Source: Takakia lepidozioides (Eukaryota; Plantae; Bryophyta). From it: a DNA stretch of 64,000 nucleotides. Positions 25,401 to 38,429 of the stretch are shown piece after piece (position 1 is the first letter of the stretch; each line of letters begins with the position of its first letter). The stretch covers positions 17,670,001 to 17,734,000 of the forward strand of contig CM060732.1 of the NCBI GenBank assembly GCA_030704615.1, given 5' to 3'. The position numbers and the translations under genes are program-made. The notes under the pieces are model-generated. The model was given only the letters and a program-made list of their open reading frames with translations, was not told where the DNA came from and did not search any database.

Positions 25401-27203
25401 GATGAGTTGGCGAAGTCCGTGATGCAGGACTTGAGGCTAAGGGATAAGTCGCAGTTCCACTTGCACAATGGATTGCTCTAGTACAAGCAAAAGCGCCTCT
25501 ACGTGCCGAAGGGAGGGCTCAGATATAGTCTCTTGAGATAATGCCACGATGGCCCTCTTGCGGGCCACGGCGGAGCCAAGCGCACCACGGCACTCTTGAA
25601 GAAAGAGTATTTCTGGCCCAAACTGAGGGAGGAGGCCGAGGAGTATATAAGACATGCACCACATGCCAACAAAATCGGAACGAGTATAAAATGCAAGCGG
25701 GGTTATTACAACCTTTATCGATAGGTTCAACAAAATGGGCCATTTCATCCCCACCAAGGAAGCGGCAACGGCGCAGGAGACGGGGCGACTTTATTTCGAA
25801 TGCCCACGTCTTCAAATATCATGGACTCCCGAAGGATATTGTCTCGGACCGCAATCCAAAGTTTACAAGTAAAATTTGGAGGGCACTTTGAAGAAGATGG
25901 GGACAAGGTTAAAGATGAGCACGGCCTTCCGACCTACAACGGACGGCCAAACGGAAAGAGTGAACTCCGTGGTGAAGCAACTCTTGCGGAATTATATGTC
26001 GGCAGACCAGTCGGACTGGGTGGAGCACTTGGATGCGGCAGAGTTCTATTATAATAACACAGAACACTCCGCAACGGGGGCTTCCCTTTTTGTATTGGTC
26101 TACGGAAAGGCACATCTAGTGCCAACGAGTTGGGCCGCCCATGACGGTGAGGAGCCAGCGGCAACGGCGGTGTTGGAAGAACGCGAGCATTTGTTGGAGC
26201 TCGCAAAGTACAACATTGCCAAAGCTAGAAAGCGCTATGACTTGCAGGCGAATCGGAAGCGAAGGGAAGTTAAGTTTGAGGCTCCTTTCTCCCGCCTTTC
26301 AAGTCCAATAGGAACACATGGCGAGGAGCTTGGCAATTGGTGGAAGCGACATGTATAGCGATGAAATATCGCAACAAAGCAATTGGCCGCATCGGAATGA
26401 CAGCAGGTCAGGACGACTTCAAATGGCGAAGCGTGGACTTGTTAGCAGTGCGGGACAACTGGAGGGGACTCCGGACAACCTATGACTCAGTGGCAGGGTC
26501 AAAGACCCCAGAGCCATCACCAGTGATTTGATTTCCCAAAATACAACAAAATCTGTGTGTAACGAAAATACGACGAATGGCGAGAAGTGCAACTTTTTAC
26601 CACCGATGGAGCTGAGAATTTACAAGCTAATACAAGGTATATAATTGTAGTTTGTCACTAAGTTTGGTGATTTATGGAGCTGATTAACATCAGGGCCAAA
26701 TTATTGAGTCGACGGCACTCACAAGGCCTATTATTTGCATTTCTACTTCTTGGATGGATGAAAAATCCTGGAATTTGCCCCCCGCATAAGGAGGTATGAA
26801 TTTTGGACTCACTTCCGGAGGTAGTCAAAAATTCTTGATGTTCAACCAGACCTCGGTGTCGCATTCGGAAGGTTATGAATGAGGATGTGTACAAGTTGGA
26901 GTTGCCGGCAAACAGCAAGGTGCACCCGGTATTCCACATTTCCCTCTTGAAGCCTTACTTGAAGCGCACCGAATCGGCATCAAATGTTGCGTCCGTCGCC
27001 CGTGCTGTTGGATCATGAAAATGAACTGGAGTACGAGGTGGACGCAGTGCTTAAGTCGAGGAGGTTCAAGAATCGAGAATCTCGTGAAATGGAAGGGCTA
27101 TCATCAAGTGGAGGCAACTTGGGTGCGGGCCTTAGAAATGGGAAACGCACCCGAGGCAGTTGCAGCTTTCAAAGGGCGACCTCAAATGCGGAAGAGACGT
27201 TGA
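22441..27203 (+). pseudogene. gag-pol pseudogene (CCHC knuckle, protease, RT, RNase H, integrase, chromodomain)
   Basis: [14 protein letters not shown]; LVDTRA (from DTG); MPFGLTNA..YIDVIL (from YIDD); TDASDFAIG; STAFRPTTDGQTERVN; VHPVFHISLLKP; EYEVDAVL...LVKWKGY...TW. Multiple stops and frameshifts. Confidence 0.93.
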
Positions 27204-28086
27204 TGGGGACATCAACCTTGGATCGTGGAGGAGGAAAGACATGCTTAGTTCGGCTTAACTAGCTCAGAAATCCGATTGCAAAGATTTGTGTTGTACAAAT
27301 CTTGTTTATAAGGAAATCATTCACAAATGTGTTGTTTCATATTTTGTCTGGAATGGTGATGCATGGCATGGTTGGCTAGTATGTAGAATGCATGCTAGCT
27401 TACAAAAGTAGGAAGTGATAAATTGGACAAGTCGTGTGTTTGCGTAGTGCCAAAATTGGGTGACTCCCATCTAAGGGGCAAGGAAATTTGCGTCTTCTTT
27501 GGGAGTTCACGTGCTAGTGCGCATCTGGCGCGTGTGCATACTTTAACTGCGCTACTGAGGGGGTTGTCTTGTAGTGCGGGCTAACGCGGAAGCTACGTAT
27601 TATAATTGTGTAACCTCAAGACGAAGCCTTAATGCGGTTTCGGCGTGTTCCCGTACCTCAGGCCGGCATCTCAAAGCGGGCCCAATTGTAGTGATTGGGG
27701 CGCACGTTTGGTTCAAGGTTATCGTCCTAGTCAAAAGGGGTTTAAGGCGAACCCTTGCTCAAGGTGATGCCAAAGTGGCATCATGAGCGGTCGTAAGCAA
27801 TGCTGTTGCAGTGAGGCAATTCGATCCTCGGGGAGGATTGCACCTTGGTCATGAAGAGAGCCAAGAAAAGTGCACTGGATGGAGCTTGGGAAGCTCCACC
27901 CTTGGCCGTGACTTGGAGGAAGTCGGTCAAACTAGCTAGTGGAGAGTAGAGTCAAGTGGGGGTTTGGTTCTTTGCCATGGAACGCCATGGTACGAAAATA
28001 AACTCCTTGATGTGGGATACCACAACTTGGATGTTAGTTTCCACAAAAAGGGACATGTCGATGAGGACATCGTTGGTAGGGGTGTG

Positions 28087-28778
28087 TGTTGCGGCCCTTT
28101 GCCTTGAGGGCGGAGGGTTGGGACAAAAGAGGGGCTGCCCCTGTGGTGGGGGCAGCGACAGCGAATAGAGATGGGGGCTGAAGCACCCTTGAGTGCCGAA
28201 GGCACTCAAGCAGGCGGAGGCGTTCACTAGGTAGAGCCCCGCAAACCGGGTTGCGGTGGGGGCTCCACGTGGGGTGGTGGTAGCATAGGGAGTCGTAGTG
28301 GGGGTGGCATAGGACTCACCACGGGGCTGAGGCCTTGTGGTGGGAGTTGTGGGGAGTCTTGGGGCTCACCACGGTCCATTGGAATCGTGGTGGGTGGGCC
28401 AAGACTCATCGCGACTCATCACAGGGAGTCGAGGGTCTATGTGTTGGTGCACCAAATTTGGACTTGGCTGTTTGTGGAACCCCCACGGACACCTACAGAA
28501 GTATATGTAGGGAGTAGTAACCCCGAGAATGGTGCAAGCCCGTTGGTGACCAAAAGCTAGTGAATAAGCGTGCGATCCGGAAAGCGACCAAGGTGTGGGG
28601 AGCTATTCCGGACTGCCAACTACCAAAGGGAACTTCCACTAGACCCAAAGTGGTGGAGGGTCTCGTGGAGGAGTGAGGGGGACCGTTCTGCCCCGGTGAG
28701 CAGCCGAAGCTCCGAGTTGGTCTGGCGGCCGGTTTGGGAGTTAGGCGCGCGCATCAAAGCGAGTAACTATGACTTAAA
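28087..28778 (+). repeat. 3' LTR (3'-truncated)
   Basis: Starts TGTTGCGGCCC after tggtaggggtgtg; matches the 5' LTR until gagtaactatgacttaaa. Confidence 0.9.
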
Positions 28779-29441
28779 GAAGACGGCTATGTAGCCATCC
28801 ACATTGATGATGTCCGCATTCCCAATGCCCCTTGTCAACCATTAATGAACACCATTAACGATTGCATACTTAATTTAAGGTTCGTGTTAGACAGAGCTAG
28901 GTTAGGTCCCGAAGGCGCCGCCTAGCTCCAATGGTGCTGCTAGTGTAGATTTATGAATTTTCTATGTTATAAGTGTTTGCGTTTGTAATTTTTAACCAAC
29001 AGTTAGTACTAACTCATTGACGTATTTACGAAAACAATAGTCTAGAAATAAGTAATGCGAATGTATAATTACCCCCGGGATAAAGAGTTCTTAATTTTAG
29101 ATATATATATATCCTAGAGTAAATATTGTTGATTAGGCGAATAACGAAATGGTGTTACAGCCCACCAATTTTAATGTTTAGTTTCTTATTTATTTATGTA
29201 CAAATATAATTAAGTCTACAAGATAGAGATGTATTTATTTAATTTTTAATAATCCCAATTGATTTATGTTAGCAAAGAACAACCAACTTAAACCCAATGA
29301 CGTTATGAAAGATAAAAAAAACAAAGTACAAGTGTTGCGGCTGAGGGATTTGAATGCTCGACCTCGGGCACTCCAATAGCTTTCCTTAAGCACCAAGTCT
29401 ATGCTCATTCATTGAAAGAAGCATGGTTATCTACTTATTTA

Positions 29442-29830
29442 CTAGGGCTTCGCGTTGCTCCGCACTACTAGCGACGAATTATGAGAACTACGTTCAATTT
29501 TTCACAAAAAGGAAAAGAAGAACGACGAAGTGTTGCCGAAGCTATCATATCATTTTTATTTTTCAAAGGAAAGAGGGCCGAAATCTTGCTGGTCCTTCCT
29601 CTCCGGCATCCCCAGAGTTTGACAAGTCTGATATCAATTGGAAGCACATAAAGGTTGCCACTAAGACTAAGCTGCATTACGATAGGTAGACACCTAAGAC
29701 TTTCAATTAAAAAAAACAAAAAAACAAAAAAAACGGGAAGCTACTTCTTACAAATCAGGCCCGTTCATTATAGTGAGGAAGAAAGAGTGACTTATTGTTA
29801 TATGCAAAAGTTAGTGGAATCCATCTGAAC
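29442..29830 (-). mobile_element. Helitron-like family H3, 3' end and subterminal region, copy 1
   Basis: Minus strand reads tagtgcggagcaacgcgaagccCTAG|T. Shares this end and the block aaagagtga..ttattgt.atatgcaaaagttagtgg.atccatct with 33244-33610. Confidence 0.55.
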
Positions 29831-30265
29831 AGACAGTTCTGAACCATTGTCCCATATCCCAAAAGGGCCACTTGCGTACCTTCTATCAAAATCCTTCCTT
29901 TTCCAACCTACATAGATGGGGAATTTGATCAAAGAATGAACAAAGAGACCATTGACTATAAGGGTTTTGAACCACCACCCACGACAGAGTCTAATACACA
30001 AGCCAGTTTATGGTAGGTCCTCCTTGCAGATAGGTTTGGATAGATATTTCATAATAGGCTAAGTGAGGGTTACTTACCCTTACCATGGCCAGACTAGGGG
30101 TGTCAAAGGTGAGTTCTGTGTCACACTCAGGATTACCATCTCAAGCTAATCACCACAGGTCTGTCCTTTCCTCAGTTCTAGACTCGACATATTGAACAGA
30201 TTCGTGGGAAAAGAGACAAAATACATGTCCAAAATATGCCCTTAATGAACCACGTAAAACAAGAA

Positions 30266-32272
30266 GACGGGATGTTGCACCCACATTTGACATACATGTC
30301 CACCAGGGCAGTGTTCAGAATGACATCGGGTACAATTCCAGATTTGACGATGTCACCATGGACCTCTTTGCAATTTTCCAGGGCCGCCAGGCTTGCACAC
30401 ACATTGCAAATGCAAACAAACATTATGTGGTTGGGCTTCACCCCTTCGCACATCAGTTTGAGATGAATTTAGTGGAGGTCCACACACTCGAACATTCTTG
30501 ATGAGTCGTGCTGATCAGCCCAAAACCAATGGCCAGCTTCTCACTGTGGTGGCAAAGAGAAAATTCTTTTCCTCCGTATCATGCAATAAAAAGTGTGTGT
30601 CAAGCACATACCCCGCCTCCTTCATCTGCCCAAACAATCTTCTCAGCTCAGCATGGATTTCCTTAATTCTGGGTTGCAACTTGTCATTTGGCTCTTTTCT
30701 AACCCCTCTGACCTTCATCATTCTTCTCACCTTTGCAATATCATCCCACCTGCCAGCTGCAGTATAGATGTTTGATATAGCAACACATAAGTCGTGACAT
30801 CCTGTTCATTCCACTTGAAGATGGATGTTGCCACACATTCAGCCATCTCCACATTGCGATGGATTCTGCAGGCACCAAGCAAGGCCTTCCACACCACAAC
30901 ATCTGGATTCATTGGCATTTTATTAATCAGGTCCACTGCCTCATGTAGTTGTCCATAACGTCCAGAAGATCCACCATGCAGCCAAAGTGCTTTACTGGCG
31001 GGGTGACACCATGATCTTGACTCAAGGAATCAAAGTAGCGTCTTCCTTCATTCAGTAGGCCAGTGTGGCTGCATGCAGAGAGAACACATATAAAGGTGAT
31101 ACTGTCCGACTTCAAGCCGTTCTTTTGCATTCCTTCAAATAGTTGCAAGACCTCCCTATGACAACCATGCTGGGTATATCCTGCGATCATCAGATTCCAC
31201 GACACCACATCACGTTCAGCCACATTGTCAAACACTACATTTGCATCCTCGATGCACCCACATTTGACATACGTGTCCACCAGGGTAGTGTTCAGACTGA
31301 CATCGGGTATAATTCCAGATTTGCTAATGTCACCATGGACCTCTTTGCACTTTTCCAGGGCTGCCAGGCTTGCACACGCATTGCAAATGCAAACAAATGT
31401 CATGTGGTTGGGCTTCACCCCCTTCGCACGTCATTTGCTCATAGGTCTCCAAAGCCTCCTTCCCGTGCCCTTGTTGTGCATATCCTGCAATCATCGCACT
31501 CCACGACACCACATCTCGTTCAGCCATACTGTCGAACACTCCCTTCATACATGTCCACGAGGGTATTGTTCATAATGACATTTGGTACAACTGCAGGTCT
31601 GACCATGTCGCCGTGGACCTCTTTGCCTTTTTCTAAAGCTGCCAGGCTTGCACACGCATTGCAAATGCACATAAACGTGATGTGGTCAAGCTTCACCCCT
31701 TCCCCCATCATTTGATCATAGGTCTCCAAAGCCTCCATACCACGTCCATGATGCTCCCGCACTTAACATACATGTTGACAAGGGTGTCGAGTAGAAAAAT
31801 ATTTGGCGTGAATCCACTTTGGATAATGTGAGTATGCACCTGCTTTCCAGCTTCAAGGCTTTATCCTCTGGAAGATAAGTCTTCTCCAATTCGTGGCCTG
31901 TCTTCTTTTCCCACAATGCCACAAGCTCATTGAGCGTGACTATGTTGGGTCATGGGCGAATCACAAGTTGTTTGTTCAGAGTGCGGGGATGCCCTTTTCC
32001 AGAGCTGCCAGGCTTGCACAGGCATTGCAAATGCACATAAACGTGATGTGGTAGGGCTTCACCCCTTCCCCCATCATTTCATCATAGGTCTCCAAAGCCT
32101 CCATACCACGTCCCTGCTGTGCATACCATGCAAGCATTGCGTTCCATGACACCACATCTCATTCAGCCATAGTGTTGAAAACTCCCTTTGCATCCTTAAT
32201 GCACCCACATTTGGTATACATGTCCACCAAGGCAGTGTTCAGAATGACAACAGGTACAATTCCAGCTTTGAC
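30266..32272 (-). pseudogene. Decayed PLS-E-DYW PPR gene copies (fragments of at least two copies)
   Basis: Repeated LVDMYxKCGCIEDA..[12 protein letters not shown] motifs; E domain (PDVVVWKALLGACRIH); truncated DYW part (GYVLDT...HSEKLA); N-terminal PPR segment at 31760-31860 matches 40516-40615. Confidence 0.9.
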
Positions 32273-32420
32273 GAGACCTTGTTGGCTGCCAAATGTGTAC
32301 ATGAATGGCTGAGCAAATGACAAGGGGAAATGGGAAATAATCGTGGAATGGAGACGGGCCTATGCATTACAGACAGGGAGACAACTTAATTTGTCAAGGA
32401 AGAGGTGCCCACAATCTGAC

Positions 32421-32649
32421 CTGAATGACATCTTGGAAAGTCATGCCACGCCTTGGTAATTTTAGCTATTGAGACAACCAAACGCAAATTGGAGTTGACC
32501 ATTTTGTCTTTGCAAAACTGGCCTTCCCTGAGCCGTGCTTCAAAGGCATGTTGCTCCATGCTTGTTGCCCGAGCCCATTTAGCTAATGTTGGCTTCTGCC
32601 CAATCTGTTCCATCAAGTTGTCCCTCACTTTTTCCATTTTTTAAAAATC
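32421..32649 (-). pseudogene. Isolated exon of a plastid sigma70-type factor (regions ~1.2-2.2)
   Basis: EKVRDNL...PTLAKWA...CKDKMVNSNLRLVVSIAKN(YQG)..MTFQDVIQ, bounded by an AG acceptor (32651-32650) and a GT donor (32420-32419). Contains a stop and a frameshift. Confidence 0.85.
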
Positions 32650-33089
32650 CTAGTCAAACCACACCCATCATTGGCACCATAGTTTGTTACTTCTAAGAAC
32701 AATATCTGAGAGCAGAAGATTGTATCTCTCATCTTTTGCCTTCCCAAAAGAATGTCTCTCAAGCAAAGTCCACAAATTTGTCTCTCACGCCGAGTCTGAT
32801 GAGAGGGCAAAACAAGCTGAAACAAGTCGAAGAAGAAGGTGCCCTCACCACATTGTCCTTGACCTTGTGTCATGAACCATCAAGGATTTAACCGACCATC
32901 AACTCCATCAACCCAAAAGGACCTCTTGTGTGTGCTACTTGTGTCTGTAGTCAGGTAATGTCGGATTGGTCTGTGAGAACCACCACGGTGCAGTTAAGCG
33001 GGCAGAGATTGAAACATGGCGTAAGACCAAGCTGACTCTCCCAAGAACTTTGTAAACGCGCTCAAGGACGTGGGGGCATCATCTCTTCG

Positions 33090-33241
33090 GGTTTTTTTCC
33101 CAGTTATTTTCGGGCAAACTGGGCGGGGCCCAAAGAAATTGACGACGACACGTGGCTGACACCTGGCGACGATGACATGGCACTATGGCACCTTATACCT
33201 GCTCTACGCTAAACTAGCTTCCGACCTTCGGTCGTCGCTAG
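33090..33241 (+). mobile_element. Repeat family H2, copy 2, Helitron-like 3' end
   Basis: Hairpin cgacc-ttc-ggtcg followed by tcgCTAG at 33238-33241. Confidence 0.6.
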
Positions 33242-33243
33242 AA

Positions 33244-33610
33244 CTAGGGCTTCGCATTGCTCTGCACTACTAGTGACGAATTCTGAGAAATTCCTCCTTT
33301 TTTCACGAAAAGGGGTGGGTCATCCCCATGGTTTTACATACATACATCCCGCATTTCATTGTTTTTCGCAAGAAAATGGTATACATTTCATTGCCAGATG
33401 TATCAGCTGTCGCAGTGGCTTGGAGTCTTCCCTTGGTTGATGAGAGGTAGGGCATACTCGAGGATGCCGGGAGGGCCGCACGCTAAATGAAGTTTTCCAA
33501 AAATCTCATGAAGTTTCTTGGAACAAGTCCCCACCTCATGGGCTATAAATGATCTTGAAGAAAGAGTGAAAATTATTGTCATATGCAAAAGTTAGTGGGA
33601 TCCATCTAAA
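33244..33610 (-). mobile_element. Helitron-like family H3, 3' end, copy 2
   Basis: actagggcttcgcattgctctgcactactagtgacgaattctgagaa is near-identical to 29441-29487. Confidence 0.55.
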
Positions 33611-33727
33611 CCTGGTAAACAGTAAAGGGTCATTTTACCAATATAATCCATTTATTTTTTTCACTTATTTTATTTTACTCCACAAAATGTTTTATGCTAA
33701 ATACACTCAGAGTTATTTTAAAAACTC

Positions 33728-34110
33728 TTAGCCGGTCCATACCACTGAGGCCTTGTGATGGCATAGCACTGACTTCGTCATTTGCCTCCATGATTGGCCA
33801 GCCGCAATGCTTGTCTGTTTATGTCCCAGAAGGAACCCAACCATTGCAGTGTTGGAGGGTGACCACCCACCTGATAGATTGTGTTCATCATTATCTGAAG
33901 TATTGCAAGGGATAGCATCCCAACCATTGTTGACATGAACAGAACGAATGGGTGAGGAAGGGAAGGCATCCCATCCAGTGTTTTGGACTTCCCCTTCATT
34001 AATCCATGCACATTCGGGACTGTGAGCAATAGAATCCCCAGTGTTCAGCCACCCTCCGTTAATGGTTTTTATTGAATCTATCAAACCCTCATCTGATCCT
34101 CCAGCCCTCT
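33728..34110 (-). pseudogene. GW-motif-rich protein fragment (AGO-hook-like)
   Basis: GGWLN, TGWDA, NGWDA and GGWSP in one frame; NGWVP and CGWPI after a frame change; spacing ~17-23 aa. Confidence 0.35.
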
Positions 34111-34394
34111 CTGGCAGTACATGATGGTCAAGACTGTCAGGAAATGTGGATGGTCTGAGTAGCTAGATAGATCAATGAATGAAGCAAGAGCAGCCCAGAG
34201 AGGACGAGGTGGCCAGGCACGAGGTGCAGGCCAAGGGCAAACTCAACATGGCTAAGGACGTAGAGGTCAGGGTGTTGACCAAGGCATGGCCAACCGGCTT
34301 CAGCAGCTAGAGTAGAGGCTCGCTGCCATGGCCACAGCTCAGGTGGTACCGGCTCCAAGGCCAGATGGTTGCATCTTGCCAAGAAAACATCCTT

Positions 34395-36297
34395 TCACCA
34401 GTAATCACCACAAGAACAAATCCCATCTTCAAAGTGGTGAAAGCAGTTAGCGTCCCATACAACAATTGCTCGGCCAACAATCTTTGAGACGAATTTGGTG
34501 GAGATGTGGCAGTCATCACCCACTCGAAGATTCTTGATGAGACGGAGAGACGTCCTAGGGGTCATGCTGATCAGCCCAAAAACAATGCCCAGCTTCTCAC
34601 TGTGGTGGCAAAGAGAAAATTCATTTTCCTCCTCCCCCACATCATGCAATACAAAGCGCGTGTCAAGCACATACCCCGCCTCCTTTCATCTGCCCAGACA
34701 ATCTTCCCAGCTCAGCATGGATTTCCTTAATTCTGGGATGCAACTTCCTTGTATATCGAAGGTGTGCACCCTGTTGCCAACGTCAATGCAGCAGCGACTT
34801 GGCTCCTTTCTAACCCCTCTGACCTTCATCATTCTTCTCACCTTTGCAGTATCATCCCACCTGCCAGCTGCAACATAGATGTTTGATAGCAACACATAAG
34901 TCGCGACATCCTGTTCATCCCACTTGAGGACAGATGTTGCCGCACGTTCAGCCGCCATGGATTCTGCAGGCACCAATCAGGTCCACTGCCTCATCCAGTT
35001 GTCCTGCACATCCAAGAAGGTCCACCATGCAGCCAAAGTGCTTTACTGTCGGAGTGACACCATGATCTTGACTCAAGGAATCAAAGTAGCGTCTTCCTCC
35101 ATTCAGTAGGCCAGTGTGGCTGCATGCAGAGAGAACAGATATAAAGGTGATATTGTCTGGCTTCAAGCCGTTCTTTTGCATTCCTTCAAATAGTTGCAGG
35201 ACCTCCCTACGATAACCATGCTGGGCATATCCTGCGATCATCGCGTTCCACGACACCACATTTCGTTCAGCCATATTGTCGAACACTCCCTTCGCATCCT
35301 CAATGCACCCACATTTGGCATACATGTCCCCCAGGGCAGTGTACAATTCCAGCTTTGACGATGTCACCATGGACCTCTTTGCCCTTTTCCAGGGCTGCCA
35401 GGCTTGCACAGGCATTGCAAATAGAAACAAACGTGATGTGGTCGGGCTTCACCCCTTGCCCCATCATTTGCTCATAGGTGTGCAAAGCCTCCATCCCGCG
35501 CCCTTGTTGTGCATACCCTGCAATCATTGCACTCCACGACATCAAATTTTGTTCAGCCAAACTGTCAAACACTCCCTCTGCATCCTCGATGCACCCACAT
35601 TTTGCATACATGTCCACAAGGGTATTGTTCAGAATCACATCTAGTACAATTCCTGCTTTTGCGATGCAACCATGCACCTCTTTGCCCTTTTCCAGGGCTG
35701 CCAGGCTTGCAAACGCACAGACGTGATGTGGTCGGGCTTCACCCTTTCCACCATCATTTGCTCACAAACCTCCAAAGCCTCCATCCTGCGCCCCTGCTGT
35801 GCATACGCTGCAAGCATCGCGTTCCACGACACCACATTTCATTCAGCCATATTGTGGAACATTGTTGTCGCATCCTCGATGCTCCCACATTTGGCATACA
35901 TGTCCGCGAGGGCAAGAAGGACATCGGGTACAATTCCAGCTATGACAATGTCGCCATGGGCCTCTTTGCCCTTTTCCAGAGCTGCCAGGATTGCACACGC
36001 ATTGCAAACGCACACAATTGTGATGTGGTTGGGCTTCACCCCTTCCCCCATCATTTGCTCATAGGTCTCCAAAACCTCCACCCCACGTCCCTGCTGTGCA
36101 TACCTTGCAAGCATCGCGCTCCACGACACCACATCTCGTTCAGCCTGCATATTGTTGTTGAAAACTGCCTTTGCATCCTTAATGCACCGACATTTGGCAT
36201 ACATGTCCACCAGGGCAGTGTTGAGAATGACATCTGGTACAATTTCAGCTTTGTCGATGTCATCATGGACCTCTTTCCCCTTTTCCAGGGCTCCCAG
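34395..36297 (-). pseudogene. PLS-E-DYW PPR pseudogene with complete DYW end
   Basis: PLS repeats, E domain, [12 protein letters not shown]...[10 protein letters not shown]...[15 protein letters not shown]. Frameshifted, and the CxxC is mutated to GDDC. Confidence 0.93.
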
Positions 36298-38429
36298 GCA
36301 GAACGCACCTCAATAGAGGCCCCAACGTCACTTGTCGGGAGTCCCAGCTTTTGTGCCGTTGCCGGTGTCATGAAGGAGTGCGACGCTCCTGTGTCCACCA
36401 ACAACGACACATTAGTTCCGGATATTATCCCATCCACGAACAATAACTGACTCCCTTTTCGTAAGGTGCCAGTTTCCTGATACAACTCACAAGAAAATTT
36501 GCCTACCTTGCAAGTCCTGGCGACCACCGCTTCCACCAAGCGACTGATGGTATCTTCCGACAGCTCTGTGGTCGCCCGAGTCATGTTCAATTGCCGCGGC
36601 TTCGTGCACTTCTTGGCCATGTGCCCGGGCTCCCCGCAATTGAAACACACTCCATCAAAGGTCGCCTTCTGTCCGCCATAAGCCGCTCCACCCGCTTTTC
36701 CTTTCGAAGCACCGGGTGCCGCCTTGACGTGTGAAGGCCCTCCCTTCGATTTCCACGTGCCATTATCGCCGCGTGGCCTATCCCACTTCTTTTCCGATCG
36801 GAAGGAGTCACCTTCCCGCCGAATCTTCTTGTAGTTCAGCTCCGTACGGCCTTGTCTTTCACCCCTAGGGACATCCGAGAAACATTCAGCCCTCTCAATT
36901 GCCTCGTTCAAAGTCTTGGGTGGCTTCTCCTCCAACTTCCGCCTGGCCCATGGGGCCAGTCCCGCCACAAAGTTGAAGACCATTTCTGGTTCTGCCATGT
37001 CCGCGACTTCGAGCAACAGCACATTGAAAGCCTGGACGTACCCCCGAATGTCATCTGTTTGCTTCAAATTCCTCATCTTGTCACGGGCAAGCCAGGACGC
37101 GTTGAGGGGCACAAACTGTCTCTTCAACAATTCCTTGAACCCACTCCAGTTCAAGGTTTCCGGACTTGGACCTCGGTCGTGAAGGCGTTTCTGCCACCAT
37201 TGTTGAGCCATAGCCCCTCAAATAGGTGGGAGCCACTTCCACGCGATCCTCGTCACTCAACTTGGCCGCCCGGAAGTACTGCTCCAGCTCCAAGAGCCAG
37301 GTGTTGAGTGCCTTCCGATTTCGGATGCCCTCGAAGGTGTCGGGTTCCTTAGGCTTCACCTTAAACTTTGCCTTAGTGGAAGTGGCATTAGCCGCCTTCA
37401 ACACGTCTTTCAACGTCCCGCCAAACTGCGCCAACAACCCTTCCCAAAAGGCTGCCGGCATGGGAGGCATCTCTTGGTTTGTCGGAGCTCTCAAGGATTC
37501 CTCGGGCTCCGACTCCTCGGATTCCTCCCGCTCTTGGGCGGCCTCGTTTTCGGAAACATGCATCGCTTCCTCAAACGGCCGCTCGGTGACACGCCGCCCC
37601 ATCGGGCTCACCGGGATCATCATCTTTTGGGCCGTTCCGCTTTCGCTTCGGCTTGCCCGACCCCATGATGAGGCCAATCCCAAGGATGATCGCGTACTGA
37701 ACTCTAAGCTCTGATACCAAGTGTCGCGCACCTCAATTCGGTAAACTCCCCTTCAAGTCATAATTACTCGCTTTGATGCGCGCGCCTGACTCCCAACCTG
37801 GCCGCCGGGCCAACTTGGAGCTTCGGCTGCTCACCGGGACATAACGGTCCCCTTTCGCTTCCCTCTAGACCCCTCCACCTAATTGGGACTAGGAGAATTC
37901 CCTTTGGTAGATGGCAGTCCGGAACAGCTCCCCACTCTTTGGTCGCTTTCCGGCTCGCTCGCTTTACTCACTAGTTTTTGGTCACCAACGGGCTTTGCAC
38001 CGTTCTCGGGGTTACTACTCCCTATATATACTTCTGTAGCTGTCTGCGGGGGTTTCTCAACCAGCCATGCCATTTTATGGCGAACCACCACGAAGACCCT
38101 CGATTCCCGGTGGTGAGTCGCGGTGAGTCTTGGCCCGCTCACCACGGCCCCTATGGACCGTGATGAGTCCCAAGACTCCCCACGACTCCCACCACGAGGT
38201 CTCCGCCCCCATGGTGAGTCCTATGCCACCCCCACTAAAGTCCCACTAAGCTACCACCATCCCTTGTGTGTGCGGGGCTCCACCTAGTGAGCGCCTCCGC
38301 TTCCCTGAGTGCCTTGGGCACTCAAGGGTGCCTCAGCCCCCCATACCTATCGCTGCCGCCTGCCCCCCCACACAGGGGCAGCCCCTCATGTGTCCCGACC
38401 CCCTGCCCTCAAGGCAAAGGGCCGCGACA
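36297..38429 (-). mobile_element. Truncated copy of the same gypsy family (LTR + PBS + gag + protease start)
   Basis: LTR 38429-37722 (TGT...ACA), perfect PBS TGGTATCAGAGC at 37719-37708, gag, CCHC knuckle and LVDTGASHSF; ends abruptly in PPR sequence. Confidence 0.95.

Larger units (their letters stand above)
21666..28778 (+). mobile_element. Ty3/gypsy chromovirus-type LTR retrotransposon, near full length, decayed
   Basis: 5' LTR TGTCA...CGACA (21666-22385), PBS tggtatcaaagc, gag-pol, purine tract, and 3' LTR from 28087, truncated ~30 bp before its end. Domain order PR-RT-RH-INT-chromo. Confidence 0.95.

Noticed and set aside
29335-29405. tRNA or tRNA-derived SINE on the minus strand
   Set aside because: Only a weak B-box-like stretch; no convincing cloverleaf, tail or TSD.
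36051-37211. Functional gag-protease-PPR fusion protein
   Set aside because: The PPR part is read out of frame and gag is frameshifted upstream.
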